NCBI RefSeq assembly: GCF_002571385.2
Contig: NW_019218148.1
Span: 261,433 to 318,733 of the forward strand
Length of the DNA: 57,301 bases
Origin: Stylophora pistillata
Taxonomy: Eukaryota
Direction: 5' to 3'
Under the pieces are notes generated by a model. The model did no database searches. It was not told the origin of the DNA and worked only from the letters and a program-made list of their open reading frames with translations. The position numbers and the translations under genes were made by a program. Positions 38,201 through 50,800 of this stretch are shown piece after piece; position 1 is the first letter of the stretch, and each line of letters starts with the position of its first letter.

Positions 38201-40891
38201 NNNNNNNNNNNNNNNNNNNNNNNNNNNNNNNNNNNNNNNNNNNNNNNNNNNNNNNNNNNNNNNNNNNNNNNNNNNNNNNNNNNNNNNNNNNNNNNNNNNN
38301 NNNNNNNNNNNNNNNNNNNNNNNNNNNNNNNNNNNNNNNNNNNNNNNNNNNNNNNNNNNNNNNNNNNNNNNNNNNNNNNNNNNNNNNNNNNNNNNNNNNN
38401 NNNNNNNNNNNNNNNNNNNNNNNNNNNNNNNNNNNNNNNNNNNNNNNNNNNNNNNNNNNNNNNNNNNNNNNNNNNNNNNNNNNNNNNNNNNNNNNNNNNN
38501 NNNNNNNNNNNNNNNNNNNNNNNNNNNNNNNNNNNNNNNNNNNNNNNNNNNNNNNNNNNNNNNNNNNNNNNNNNNNNNNNNNNNNNNNNNNNNNNNNNNN
38601 NNNNNNNNNNNNNNNNNNNNNNNNNNNNNNNNNNNNNNNNNNNNNNNNNNNNNNNNNNNNNNNNNNNNNNNNNNNNNNNNNNNNNNNNNNNNNNNNNNNN
38701 NNNNNNNNNNNNNNNNNNNNNNNNNNNNNNNNNNNNNNNNNNNNNNNNNNNNNNNNNNNNNGAATCAATTAAACTTAAACTTAAACTAAAATATATCTAC
38801 CAGAATCACATCAATGAATAAAATCTTGCATTCGAATCAGTTGATGAAGCGAGGTATTTAGCTTGGAATTGCAAGTTGAAAATGAGGCTGAGTGATATTG
38901 TTTCACATCTACGTATATAGAACAACTTTAAGTAAAGCTGTTTTCTTTCTTTCTTTTTTCTTATTTTAATTCAATTATGTGATTCAAGGAGAATCCATTA
39001 CTTGACTAATGAATTCTGCATTAAAGTGCATTTGAAAACTGATATTGCACTCATCACTTTACAATTTGTGCAATATTGGTTTTTGCGTGCAATTTAATGC
39101 AGAATTCCCTTGTTAAGTAATGAATTTTCCCATAGAATTTGGTATAAGATCATGATAACTTCCTGATAAGTTTGAGTACTCTCATCACCTATTTGCTGGA
39201 TAATGTATAGATATTATAGGGAGAGGTTACATGTTAAGTAGTTCAAGTTAAAGGGCTAACTCCTCTATCGACAACTTCAAGACATAACTTCACTCTACGT
39301 TCCCTGAGAAAGTTAAAGAAGGTGTTCTGAAGTTAAAGATGAGTGTGTCATTTACAGTCATCAAATAGAAGTGAGAAAATAAAGATAATTTTCATAACAC
39401 TGCTAAAAAACACTTGAATTCCTAGAATTGATTAACACGTAACATCTCCCTTTACTATCCATACATTATCCTGCAAACAAGTACTGAGAATACTCAAACA
39501 GTTAGCTCAGTTGGTTAGAGTGCCAGAATGTGATGTGCGGGAGGTCGAGGGTTCGTGCCCCGGCTGGACCAATACTCATGGTCTTAAAATAACTGAAGAG
39601 TATTTGCTACCTTTCTATAATATCAAGAAATGGATAGATATTCTAGTCTTCTTGGATACGGACAAATAAACAGTAGACTCCATCTCCCGCAGGGTTAGGG
39701 GTAGGAGACGTTAATTTCCCACGCACGAGATTACTGTGTGGTGGATGTCCTCCCCTGGGGTGGGATGGGTGGGAATTGCAGATGTGGTGTAAAAACCTAG
39801 TAGGGGACTTAAGAATCCTATTGTTTCTGCACCTACCTTATGGTAAATCTCCAAATAAAAAAAATTATAAAATAAATAAAAACTTATCAGGTAGAAGTTG
39901 ATCTTACACCAAATTCTTGAGACTGATTTACAAGCAAATGTGTATCAACTGGAGGGGAGAATTAACAGTCAGATCTTGGAAATTAAAGGGTTAAACTGAA
40001 AACCTTGTTCAAAAGGTCACACATCATAATTATGAAACTGAACCTTGATTTTTTCAATTCTTCTAAGAAGTTTTTCAGATTCAAATATGACATAAGCCTT
40101 CTCAAATAATTGGAGGGCTGGCTCAAGGTGTCCCTGTCTTCCTAATTCTTTGCCTTTTTTGATCAAACGGTTGTACCGTAACTTGTTCTCTTCATTGTCA
40201 TCTGAGTGATCTGAAAAACAAAATGTGTTAATGACATTAAATGGTAGGGAAAGATTTCCGTATAACCCCATGCCAATCAAAAAAAAAAGCTGAAGTCCCA
40301 AAGGTAATCTGTTGTTTTGCCTCTGTTTTCTTTTATCCAAGAATTGTATGCGTAATGAAGTACGGGGTTATACGGAAATCTTGCCAATGGTAGTCTTAAA
40401 TAAGTCACCCACAGTTTCCTTGAGTCACTTATGCAAACGCTAAAAATCATTTACGACTTAAAATGAGCCTTGGTTCCATCAATGGAAGTTCCACCGTAAT
40501 ATGGGCTAGTAAAGGCACTTCTTAACCTCTAATTATGCTTGAAGGTTTTTCCTTATCCGAAATATCTACCGGTATTTTTCGGAGAGATCCCCCACCATTA
40601 GCTTGTTCAACCCCTTCCTCCCTTAGGACATTGAGAAATGAATCCTGAGGAGCATTACTAAGCTTAGATCTCCTGAAAATCAGCCATGGTTATCATTTGA
40701 AGACGAATTATTTAGCAAAAATAGAACCTTTTAACTCGAAGATAACGGCATGCAAAATTAAGCTTTTAACCTGAGATAGACGGTCTGTTCTGTTTCTCTT
40801 GCTCTACTTCGTGTTTTGTCTCTTGATTGATGCTAAGGCCCTTAAGCAGCTCTCTGGTAGCATTTAGCTCTTCGTTGTAGTTAGCTTCCAT
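23267..40891 (-). CDS. ERCC6L: ERCC6-like / PICH SNF2-family DNA translocase
   Basis: Exons (minus strand): 40891-40771 (tentative), one uncertain exon near 40670-40530, 40210-40044 (N-terminal TPR), 36625-36426 (GGILGDDMG), 35852-35727 (LGKTIQ), 35416-35310, 34941-34898, 34761-34633 (DEGH; TGTPVQNNL), [missing exon], 33694-33501 (FLRRTK), 32829-32721, 32256-32138 ([10 protein letters not shown]), 30988-30772 (SGKM; LVFSQ), 29385-29272, 28925-28877, 28537-28492 (DPSWNP..QAVDR), 27921-27778 (AYRIGQ), 27111-26963, 26377-26277, 25865-25593, 24927-24839, 24414-24124, 23417-23267 (C-terminal TPR, TAG). PICH-specific motifs AREKDA-like, RSPLAEL and GISDHDLMY are present. Confidence 0.93.
23735..24080. 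repeat. Minisatellite, ~31-bp unit (TTATCCGAGTTAAATCCGAGTTGCACGAACA)
   Basis: About ten degenerate tandem copies in the last ERCC6L intron. Confidence 0.85.
25400..25570. mobile_element. Penelope-type terminal-repeat fragments in inverted arrangement, with a minimal hammerhead motif at 25480-25511 (+)
   Basis: Left arm ...ATGTAAATCGGCCACGGTAAATAGTTTCTAAAGCCGACGTTTC mirrors right arm CTGACGAAGGGGCTAACGCTCGAAATGTAAGCTTTAAAAACTATTTACGGTAGCCATTTTACAT. Confidence 0.6.
27385..27725. repeat. Degenerate ~52-bp tandem repeat (AAACAGTGCGCGAGACACTAACGT...CAAACAGAACACAGAG)
   Basis: Same family as 33798-34440 but in the opposite orientation. Confidence 0.8.
28301..28440. repeat. 21-bp minisatellite (AAAAGGGGCCCTGAGTGTATC) x ~6.5
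   Basis: Directly visible tandem copies. They explain the periodic ORF 28246-28476. Confidence 0.9.
29780..29961. repeat. 91-bp tandem duplication
   Basis: GATATTTGAA(C/T)TCAACTTTTCG...CCACAGCAAACAGTT occurs twice head-to-tail with few mismatches. Confidence 0.85.
30380..30620. mobile_element. Penelope-type terminal repeat in inverted arrangement
   Basis: 30388-30446 is a near-perfect inverted copy of 30491-30550. Same family as 54276-54435 and 56980-57139. An N sits at 30448. Confidence 0.7.
30462..30495 (+). ncRNA. Minimal type I hammerhead ribozyme-like motif (core variant CCGACGA)
   Basis: GCT-CCGACGA-AGGGC-TAAC-GCTC-GAAA-CG-TC-AGC gives stem I GCT/AGC, stem II GGGC/GCTC, the GAAA box and a UH site. 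It differs from CUGANGA at U4. Confidence 0.5.
31074..31414 (-). mobile_element. 3' end of an L2/CR1-group LINE
   Basis: Minus-strand translation [20 protein letters not shown]...[15 protein letters not shown]...[15 protein letters not shown] is typical of the ORF2 C-terminus of this group. It is followed by a short 3' UTR and an (ATT)n tail, and is cut at the N at 31415. Confidence 0.8.
31470..31772 (-). mobile_element. tRNA-derived SINE
   Basis: Reverse complement has A box GTTAGCCCAATGG and B box GGTTCGAGCCC. The body is shared with the 37117 and 39500 copies. Confidence 0.8.
33031..33174. mobile_element. Palindromic MITE (family of 8466-8606)
   Basis: GGATCAATGTTAGTTTCTAAGCAACTACCCACCTACCCCTCCC...GGGAGGGGTAGGAACGCAGATTTTCAGATAAGGACATTGTTCC. 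Confidence 0.75.
33798..34440. repeat. ~52-bp tandem repeat (GCGCACTGTTTTCTCTGTGTTCTGTTTGATTGTTTGTTACGTTAGTGTCTC), ~12 copies
   Basis: Directly visible; begins right after the N at 33797. Confidence 0.9.
37117..37400 (+). mobile_element. tRNA-derived SINE
   Basis: A box TAGCTCAATTGG and B box GAGTTCAAATCC, followed by the conserved body ...GTAGGAGACGTTAATTTCCCAC.CACGAGATTACTGTGTG.TGGATGTCCTCCCCTGGGGTGG. Confidence 0.82.
38021..38761. other. Assembly gap (741 N) in an ERCC6L intron
   Basis: Run of N. Additional single-N joins occur at 22673, 30448, 31415, 33797 and 48768. Confidence 0.99.
39500..39883 (+). mobile_element. tRNA-derived SINE with A-rich tail, nested in a MITE-like repeat
   Basis: A box TAGCTCAGTTGG, B box GGTTCGTGCCC, the shared SINE body and a tail AAATAAAAAAAATTATAAAATAAATAAAAAC. 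AAAC occurs at both junctions. Confidence 0.82.
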
Positions 40892-41850
40892 CTCTGAGGT
40901 CACTTAGAACATGATAAGTTTGAAGTCAAATATTTGCTCCTATTTGAAGATGGCGCCAATGTATTCCCTTGCACGTGACTTGTACCTGGCCGAGAGGATC
41001 TGAGGGTGAACTTTTGTTTTGCTTCTTGTGAAACCAGTGTATAATTTTAGAAGGTAGAGGCCATAAATTAATGATCGTTATAGCCAAAGAAGAGTATTAT
41101 GATGTTTCGTGGCGGTGTTTTTGATCGCATGTGATCACCACACGTAATTCAGAAGTCAAAATCACGACGTTGTTGGTTCTTAGGTGACCCACGTTCGAAG
41201 TCCCGATCTAAATAATAATTATTACATAATTAACTGAAGGTTCTTGATATTTCACGGAAAAAAGGAGATTTTCACCAGTCGTGTTTTCATTGGAGCATAG
41301 ATGTTATAAACCGTTGTTAATTAGTTATATAACTTATCTCAAAGGTTCTTGATATTTCGCGGAAAGATGAGATTTTCATCAATTGTGTTTTCAGAGGAGC
41401 ATTGATGTTACCAGGTGTACATGTGTTCCCCATTATCGCCAAAGCTAAACGGGGAAACTGGACTGAATGGGGAAGAACTTCTTCACTCCGATATTTAATT
41501 TGAGGAAATTAATTTGAAGGTGAGCTGGAATAGTCTAGTTTCCTCTCGATCGATTGGGAATTTGCAAATTTTCTTAGTTTCTCATTTCTGACTTGGTCAA
41601 ACATAGTTTTTTGTTATGCCCTCTTATAATTTCGTTTAGTAGCGTTAAATGTGTCAATTTATTTTACTTCCTTTGTGTTATGAAAATTCCTTTCGCCCTC
41701 AGGTTTCTTAGTTGCCTTCTTGCGCAATGACTTTCAAGGTGATCCATTTTTACTGATCAGAACAAAATCCACACGATGGAGTTGTCATTCGTTCATTATG
41801 AATTTTTTTTTCAAAGTTATTTCTATCACGCGGCGCCGGAAGCTTCCTGA
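40892..41850. promoter_or_regulatory. Divergent intergenic region between ERCC6L and the SEC14L2-like gene
   Basis: About 960 bp between the divergent ATGs. A motif cluster TTTGAA / AAGATGGCG / GCGCCAAT / CACGTG lies at 40943-40977, and a ~70-bp imperfect direct repeat at ~41237 and ~41342. Confidence 0.5.
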
Positions 41851-44800
41851 ATGGACGATCTCACTCAAGAGCAGCAAGAGATTTTAGACAAAGTTGGTTG
41901 ATATGTAAACTTAACCATCTATAGCAGTACAACATTAACAGTTGAGATATAGATAATGAGTGTATTCAGTATGATGTATTTGTAAGTTATGGACCGAAAT
42001 GATTTGGAACATGAGGTTGTAAACATGAGAATTATGCCTTATAACAGACTAAAACAAAATTAATCCTGACCATAGACAATTTACAAAATAGACTCCTCAT
42101 TGCCATGCATCTGTTTAATAATTAATAGATCACAGATGATGTCAAAATTTGATAAGAGCAAAAAGTATCACATGCGGTGAGGTGTAGCCGAGTGTGTCAC
42201 TGATATTCTTACTACATTTTGACATCTTCCGAGATCTATCACAGAAAAACTGTTCAGATCCTGGCATGATAACATGGGACCTCTTTGTTTCATATGATGA
42301 AAGAGCAAAATGATGATAATTAATGTTATGCCATTTATGCATGTCTCCTCTTATAGCTTAGAAGTTAGTACCAATCAAAATGCATGCTTAAGTCAGTTTA
42401 TCATATAAAAGATTCTCCATAACAGGACAGGGCTAAACAGAAATTATATATACAAAATGAAACAGCTAGATTGTCAACCTTCATTTACAGACAGTGGTAT
42501 TCAAGGTGTAGTTTCTAGTTGTTTTTGTATAAGCAAGCTGTTGAATGGTTTTGATTGGACCTAATCTACGTGAAAGAATAAGAAAGAATCTTTTTTGGTC
42601 TCGAAGTAAAAGGAAAACAGTTGGACTATAATGAGTCACTCAGTACCCGAAGGGATCCTAAAGGGTTAAGAGAAGATTAAAAGTGCAACCACAAACCGCC
42701 TTTTGAATCACAAGGAGTTGCTAATGTTTAAAATTCAGTCGATATTGTCCTAACTGATAAATTTGTATCAATTAACAACCCAAGTGTAGATTTTAACTTC
42801 TACAATTATTATTGCTATAATAGTGAATTACGTTCTAATAATTTTCATTTTTTAAAATTATTTTCCAGTTTCGGGTTTGTGTCAGTGATATTTGTCATTC
42901 AAATCATGACGATCACTTTTTGTTGAGATGGCTGCGAGGTAGGAGTAGAGCATTCGTAAATTAAATTAGAACATAGCTAGCAGAGTCGTGCAGTCAAATT
43001 CATTATGCATAAGCATGCTCAAAATCCCAATAGTGCACGCTGATAGCGTCAGCAAATCCGACTTTGCCAGAATTTTTTTTCTTTTGCGCGAGCAGCCATT
43101 GTTAGCGCAGGGAAAAATAATATATTTCACGACAATAATGGATACAAACAGAAACTCGGCCTACTAGTCCGAAAACGAAGACAATGTTTCGACCTTTTCC
43201 TTTGTGCTAGAGTTCTTAAATGAGGCAGAAAAAGAGAAAAACAAAGGAAAAGGAGATCAGCATCAGCGCCATCACGATTGGCTTCAACTGATATTGTTGT
43301 CCGTTTTTCGTGTCAGATTTGATGCACAATTCCACCGGCTATGTTCTAAAACAATTGGTTCATGCTTTCAGCTGTGCACTATCGAGTTATGGAGCATGTG
43401 GGAAGTTTGGAGAGCACTCAAGAGGCTAGAGTTGCCCTCGGCTTTTGCCTCGGGCAACTGTTACGCTTCTTTTGTGCTCTCCAAACTTCTCGCGTGCTCC
43501 ATAACTCAATAGCGCACACTAAAGCATGCACCAATTGTTAAATAGCAACATCTTCCAAGTATGAGTATGTGCAATGTGAGATACGTGTACTCATTACAAT
43601 TCTGTGAAGTTGGGGTAGTGGTAGTTCTATAAAACACATAAAGCCCTGGTAATCAAAGTACATGATCATCAACTAATGTGATAACAAACAATACTAGTAA
43701 GAGTAGAAAAAGGATTATTTTTGTAAAAAACTGCTGGGTTGAGTTCTCAGAAAAAACTTGTGCTATTTTAACTCAGGTAGTAGTCTTTGAAGAAAGCTGT
43801 GGTATTTTTTGTGATGCCATCATTCCAATTGAAACCTTTTACAGGTTATATGTCATTGAGATTGCTGACACAAGTAAAGTGTAGATTTAAACTAAGTGAT
43901 TTGATATGATACTGTTGTGCAAACTGGTATTGCAATATTGAAGTCACTCTGTGTCAACTAGACTCAAAAAATTCTTTGTTACTCTTCCTGACAGCAAGAG
44001 ATTTCAGTATCGAAAAAGCAGAATTCATGCTAAGAGAGGTGATGTATTGATCTTGTTGTTATCTGCTTTGGATAGAATTTTGTCAAAGATCACCAATTAA
44101 AGAAGCTAGGGATGAAGCAAATTCTCCTTGTCAGCTCTGTAGGAAATGTATAGAGTATAGCATGGAAAATATGCATTACTGATGTTAGAATAATAAGGGT
44201 TAAAGCTTAAGAGAACTTGTTGTCATTCTCAAGGCCATTGACAGGATTCATATGTGATAGGTACCCTGCAACTTGCTATGATTAACCTTTACTACAATGG
44301 ACTTGTTTGGAGATATAGTAAGAAAGCTTAATGCTTTGTGAGAGAAAGTAACGTATATCTGCACTTACCTGTATTTTATTTACAGAACATATTTCTCTCC
44401 TAATTTATCTTGTTTCTGAAAATTCAAAGTTCTCAGACTGATTCCATTTTCTATAATGGATGCATTTGATTAGATCAGTGAAAATGACAAAAACTTGTAA
44501 TTTAGTTAATTGCCTCAAAAATTGACATGTGCCCTTTTTTCATCAGAGCATGAATGTTCGCAGGCAGATGAAACTTGACACTTTGGTGGAAACCTACATA
44601 GTTCCAGAAGTCAGTTGAATGCAATTAAGTACCAAATCATTCAGCAAAATATATTTCTTGTCTGTAACAATTATGGGGAGACACAGTGGCCTTATGATTA
44701 GTGCACTGGACTCTAGGTAGAGAGGTAATTGGTTTGAGAACTAGCTGGCCCAAACAATGGGTTGTGTTCTTGGGCAAAACACTTTGTCATAGTGTCTCTC

Positions 44801-47800
44801 TCCACCCAGGGGAATAAATGGGCACCAGCAAATCATCAGCGAAGCGTGGTGAAATGTCAGGGGGTAGCTTTGCAATGGACTTGAGCATCCCATACAGGGA
44901 GGAGTAATGGTGCTTAGTTAACTCATGTTAAGGAAATGAGGATAAGCTCCAACTTGATGGACCATTTGGTGAATAACATTTAATAACATCAATATTCCCT
45001 CATAGAAATCATTATTTTTGACAGGTATTGTCAAAATATTATCCAGGAGGTTATTTTGGTTTTGATAAAGAAGGCACTCCAGTTTTCATTGATCCAATTG
45101 GACAAATTGACTTTAAAGGTGAATTTTTCTCTTGTTAGTTACTTAGAATTCTTTTAAATTTTTATTGATATCAGTAATCTGTATAACAAATGAACAACTT
45201 AAGATGTTTAGTACATTATACCTATCACACTCACATAACACCAATTTGGGTAAACAGTATCTTTCTTGGAGAGAGATATCAATGAGCTCAACTTCCAGCT
45301 TTATATTATATGTACCTGCCAATTATTATCTACTAAATAAATGTACACTAATGATTATTTAAGGGTTGCTGTCATCTGCGAAGAAAGATGAAATTATCAG
45401 ATTCAAAGCCTACTTAGCTGAATATGCAATGTTCCTATGCAGAAATCAATCTTCCAGGGTATGGAAAATTTTCTTTATTCCCAGAGAGTGTAAAGGGGAA
45501 AATGTCCCCCAATAACTTCTCCTGGGAATTTTAATTTCATGTTTTATACTTTCAATTTTTAATAATGAAAAAGAATAACTGCAATATTTTTAACTTTCAT
45601 AAGGGTTAAAAGGAAGTTTTCCCTCAAACAAACATTTTCTAACTTGAAAAAAAAAAAAAATGTTCATAATGTTGTTAGAACCTAACACCACAAGAGAAGT
45701 TTGAGAACAAAAGTCTATCCTCTACCATGTACCAGGGTAACCTCTTGCCCCCCTAAGACTAAGAGTGACCAGCATGTAATTTCTCCTTATAATATCACTC
45801 CTAAATCACACATCAAGGTTACAAGAATGAAGGAAATGATCACCCCTCTATTTAACTCTAGTTAAACAAATTCTTCTTCGTAGCACCTTATGAAATGTAT
45901 GGAGAACAGTACTGAGGTCATCCATGCAGAAGTTAGGGTGTAAATAGTTAAGCTATATATAGTAATTGATTTGTGAAATGAGATGACTGGTGATTAGTTA
46001 ATATGAAGCTGGTGATGGTGTAAGAGCCCTAATTTTACTCTTTGTCCGTCTTTTAGCTCGATAAACGTGTCGATCAGGTTGTGATGGTGATGGACATGGA
46101 GGGACTGGGACTAAAGCATCTTTGGAAGCCAGGTTTGTGAGCAGAATTCAGGTAGTAAATGTTGAAAAAGTGAGAGAAAAGTTGTTTTTTTTGCTCTGTT
46201 TTATTTATATATTTGTTTATTTTTTAGCTAATACCCAGACTACTTTTTACCTCTTTGCAGGTGTCATGCTTTTCAACAAGGTAAGTACACGTCAGAGTTT
46301 CCTCTTGAATGTATATGCAAGGATAATGTACTGGTATTTAGCTTTATAGAGCTTAATGTACAAAGATTATTCACTTGCATGATAAAGTCCCATAAACTGT
46401 ATTTTTAAACAGTATTTCACTCATGTTGTTAATTTAGCTGATTGTTGCACCAAAAAATGTAATTATTAGGTCTGAAGTACTACAATCATTCACAGATAAC
46501 AGGATTTTATGAAGATAACTACCCAGAAGTGATGAAGAATATTCTTGTTATTAATGGTAGGTTACTTCAACCCTCTAGTTGTGAAATGTAACATAAAATA
46601 GAGGTGCTTTCATGATTTGGCTTCTCAATTATTTGACCAGCCATCATGCCTGCCAATTTCTTTTTAAGAACTATTTAAAAGATTTAGTTGTCTGATGATC
46701 AAAGTTAAGTAGAACTTAGTAAAGTTAGGAAACAGTCTGTTAAATTATTTTGTACCCCAATTAAAAACAAAATTTCCATTTTTTTATTAATTAGAATTTG
46801 AAAAGCCACTTAACGTTTGTGGTACACTATTAGTAATGAAGTGATTTATCCAGCAATTAAAAGGATTTTTTTTTTCAGCACCCAGGATATTCCCAATAGC
46901 ATATGCTTTGGTAAAACCATTTCTGAATGAAGTGACGAGAAACAAAGTGAAAATACTAGGAGGTACAAAGTTTCAACATCTGTTTGTTTAAAATTTGAGG
47001 AAAGGAAATATTAGCATAAGGATCACTTTTAGTAGCCAATATGGAGCTCTTTAGATGGACATATAGATTCCTCTCCAGTTCTGCTGTTAGAGGTTATTCT
47101 TAAGATGTTTGTAGGGATTTTCTGCCAAATTGTGGCTCACCCTGTGGGACAGCTTGTCTGTTTATCTGCCTTCCTCTGTATTTGACAGTCTGTCTCCCTA
47201 GGTGCATATACTATTTCTGGCTATTTCTCTGTTTGACTGCAAGTGGCTCTTTCTAACTACAGCAGACTTCAACCAAACAGTCACAAAGCAGGTTATAATT
47301 ATAGTTGTGATGTTACTTTTAGTGGACTGGAAAACTGAGCTGCTTGAGTATATCAATGAAGACAATCTGCCAGAATATTATGGAGGCACCTGCAGAGACC
47401 CTGATGGTGATCCATTGTGGAGATCAAAGGTAAATTCAGAAGGTTTTCAATCTTTAGACCTGCAAGGGTTCCCAACGGCAAAGTATCAATGGTTCTTTTC
47501 ACATAATCTGTTAGTTTGTACTTGAGGTTGTTGGAACTTATTTCAGCTCAGCCCCCTTAAATTTAAGAGTTGTATCATGAAGCCTATTGAGGTTACACTT
47601 TTTACCAACTGAATTTGTTATTCGTCTTGAAAATGTTTTTCAAATGCTGTTTTATTATGAGATAAACTTTGGTGTTTATGTTTTCTAATTCACCTACTTG
47701 TATTTTTTCTTGTTCAAGATATGTTATGGTGGTGATGTACCAGAATCATATTACCATAAAGATAATAACAAAACTGAGATTTGGACAAATGAACAGTATG

Positions 47801-50800
47801 AAGTTGGGTGTGTCAAGCGGGGAACTGCACTGAAACTAAACTTTGAAGTTGAAGTACCAGGCAGTGTTCTGAGGTATGCATCTTATGGAAGCTTAAACAA
47901 TCTCTAAGAACAGTTTCTCAGAGTGTTCAATCTTCTATATTTCTTCAACATAAAAAGTATAAGTTGAGGGGGGGGGGATGAATAGAGTTATCATCAGCAA
48001 TCGATCACTAGTCACATCTACCTTTTAAACACCTGTTTTCATCCTTGGGTCCTTATTATATAGCAGATTAATAATCCTTAGGGGTGCAAATCTCTCAAAG
48101 GATAATTACCTAACATATGGGGGATTTAGTTCATGAGAGGATCCCAAGAGACCATTTGTCTCAACTCACCTCCCCTGCCTTATTTGCAGGTTTCTCATTT
48201 TCCCGTTTGTTGGCATACTGTATTCACAAAAAAAAAAGATTGGGGTTCACAGTTTGTTATTGTTGTGTGTCTTGTAGTTGGCAGTACAAGTCTGTGGACC
48301 ATGATATTGGATTTGGAGTCTTTTATTCAGAGAAAGGCAGTAAACATTCCAAAGATTTGGAGGAGAAGGTGAGAATTTATTGTGAAGTCTTCTTTTTGGT
48401 TCTTTTATCTCAACCAAGCCTTCCTAAGGGAGCCACAAAGCGAAATTTTGGAGAGGATAAACACAGATCCTAGTTCATTGCGTTGAAAGAGGTATTGGTG
48501 ATAGTTTTTTTTATGATACACCTACTGTGACATGGATGATTGGGGCACTCAACAGATACTCGAGGAGAATCTCCTCAGGTGGACACAAAGACAGGCCATC
48601 AGAAAAATTACACCTTGTACTACAGACAGAATCAAACAGCACACGATAAGGACGATAAATCGTAGGCCGACAGAGCTGAATAACGTATACGCATGCGCCA
48701 GGTTTTGCCGCGGAAACACGGGTTTTGAGTCGCATGGTTGATTTCCTATTCTGTTGCTCCGAGGCGTNGTATTCCCATGTATTCCCACGTATTCCCATGT
48801 ATTCCCACGTATTCCCATGTATTCCCACGTATTCCCACGTATTCCTATGTATTCCCATGTATTCCCACTTATTCACATGAATTCCCACGTATTTCCATGT
48901 TATTCCCATGTTATTCCCACGTATTCCCATGTATTCCCACGTATTCCCATGAATTTCCGCGTATTTCCATGTTATTCCCATTTATTCCCACATATTCCCC
49001 TGTATTCCCATGTATTCCCATGTAGTCCCATGTATTCCCACGTGTTCCCATGTATTCCCATGTATTCCCACGTATTCCCATGTATTCCCACGTATTTCCA
49101 TGTTATTCCCATGTATTCCCACGTATTCCCATGTATTCCCATGTATTCCCACGTATTCCCACGTATTCCCATGTATTCCCACGTATTCCCATGTATTCCC
49201 ATGTATTCCAACGTATTCCCATGAATTCCCTCGTATTTCCATGTTATACCCATGTATTCCGACGTATTCCCATGTATTCCCATGTATTTCCACGTATTCC
49301 CATGAATTCCCACGTATTTCCATGTTATTCCCATTTATTCCCACGTATTCCCCTGTATTCCCATGTATTCCCATGTATTCCCACGTGTTCCCATGTACTC
49401 CCACGTATTCCCATGAATTCCCACGTATTGCCACGTATTCCCATGTATTCCCATGTATTCTTATGTATTCCCATGTATTCCCATGTATTCCCACGTATTC
49501 CCGTGAATTGCCACGTATTTCCATGTTATTCCCATTTATTCCAACGAATTCCCATGTATTCCCACGTATTCCCACGTATTGGCATGTATTCTTATGTATT
49601 CCCATGTATTCCCATGTATTCTTATGTATTCCCATGTATTCACATGTATTCCCACGTATTCCCATGTATTCACATGTATTCCCACGTATTCCCATGTATT
49701 TGCACGTATTCCCATGTATTCCCATGTTTTCCCACGTATTCCCATGTATTCCTGCGCTTCAAAAGAATACACGATACACCGGAGACTCCCTTGGAAATAC
49801 GAAAATAAAGTGGTGCCATATTTTAGAACTTTCTCAGTTCTTTTCTCACCTGAGGTTTTACTTTAGTAAGCAGGCATTGTAGTTTGAAACTCATTATTTT
49901 CGTCCTTGTAAAGTCTGGATTGTTGTGAGTTGTACTGAGGGATTTTACATTAGTAGTTAATAAAATCAGGTCCTATTTCACAGTGAAATGTTGTACTAAG
50001 GAATGGAAGAAACCGCCACACTGATACACAGTGGCAATCCTACGCGGCACACAAATGCGCACATACACGATCTCGAGCCAGGAGTCTTTTCGGCCACTCG
50101 GCAGCGGTTAGCCGCGGGAGACTAAAGCGGGTAGCTAGGTCACGTGCAGTATCGAAAGAATCGATACTCTTCGCTTGTATCGATATTGTTCGATCCCACC
50201 TCGGTATCGCTGGTATCGAATATTTGGTGTTGGTATCGGCCCATCCTTACTAGGTTTTCCTTATCTAGACCGGCATCTAGACCGATCTTATTGTAAAAGT
50301 TGCCTAGCTTCATAAAGTTACAAACAAAGAATACAAAAAACTGGCTTGTTCCTGTTTGGCTAGGTGCCGGTCTAGATGGGAAAATCTAGAAAGCGTTCAA
50401 TATTGATTACAGCCAATCAAACTCGTGAATTCGGTGATTCCCAGTCCTTGTTAGAAACAGCCATATATTAAGAACTAAATAAAGAACCTTATTTTTAGGC
50501 AGCATATTTAAATACCGGAATGATTAAAGCACCAAGTATGCAAATACATAAGTACTAGGTGGAACATAAATGACTATGCGGGAATACAAAGCAGTATGGG
50601 AATACACAGCAATGCACTAAATTAATGATTCTAAATACGTGGAAAGATGTGCCGTGGGAATACAATACATGGGAATACATGGAAATGCATGAGAATACGC
50701 AGGAAAACATGGGAACACACGGGAATGCATGAGAATTCATGGGAATACGTGGGAATACATAGGAATACATAGGAATACATAAGAATACATGGAAATACAT

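Noticed and set aside
37892-38821. 309-aa and 252-aa ORFs
   Set aside because: Artefacts of the 741-N gap.
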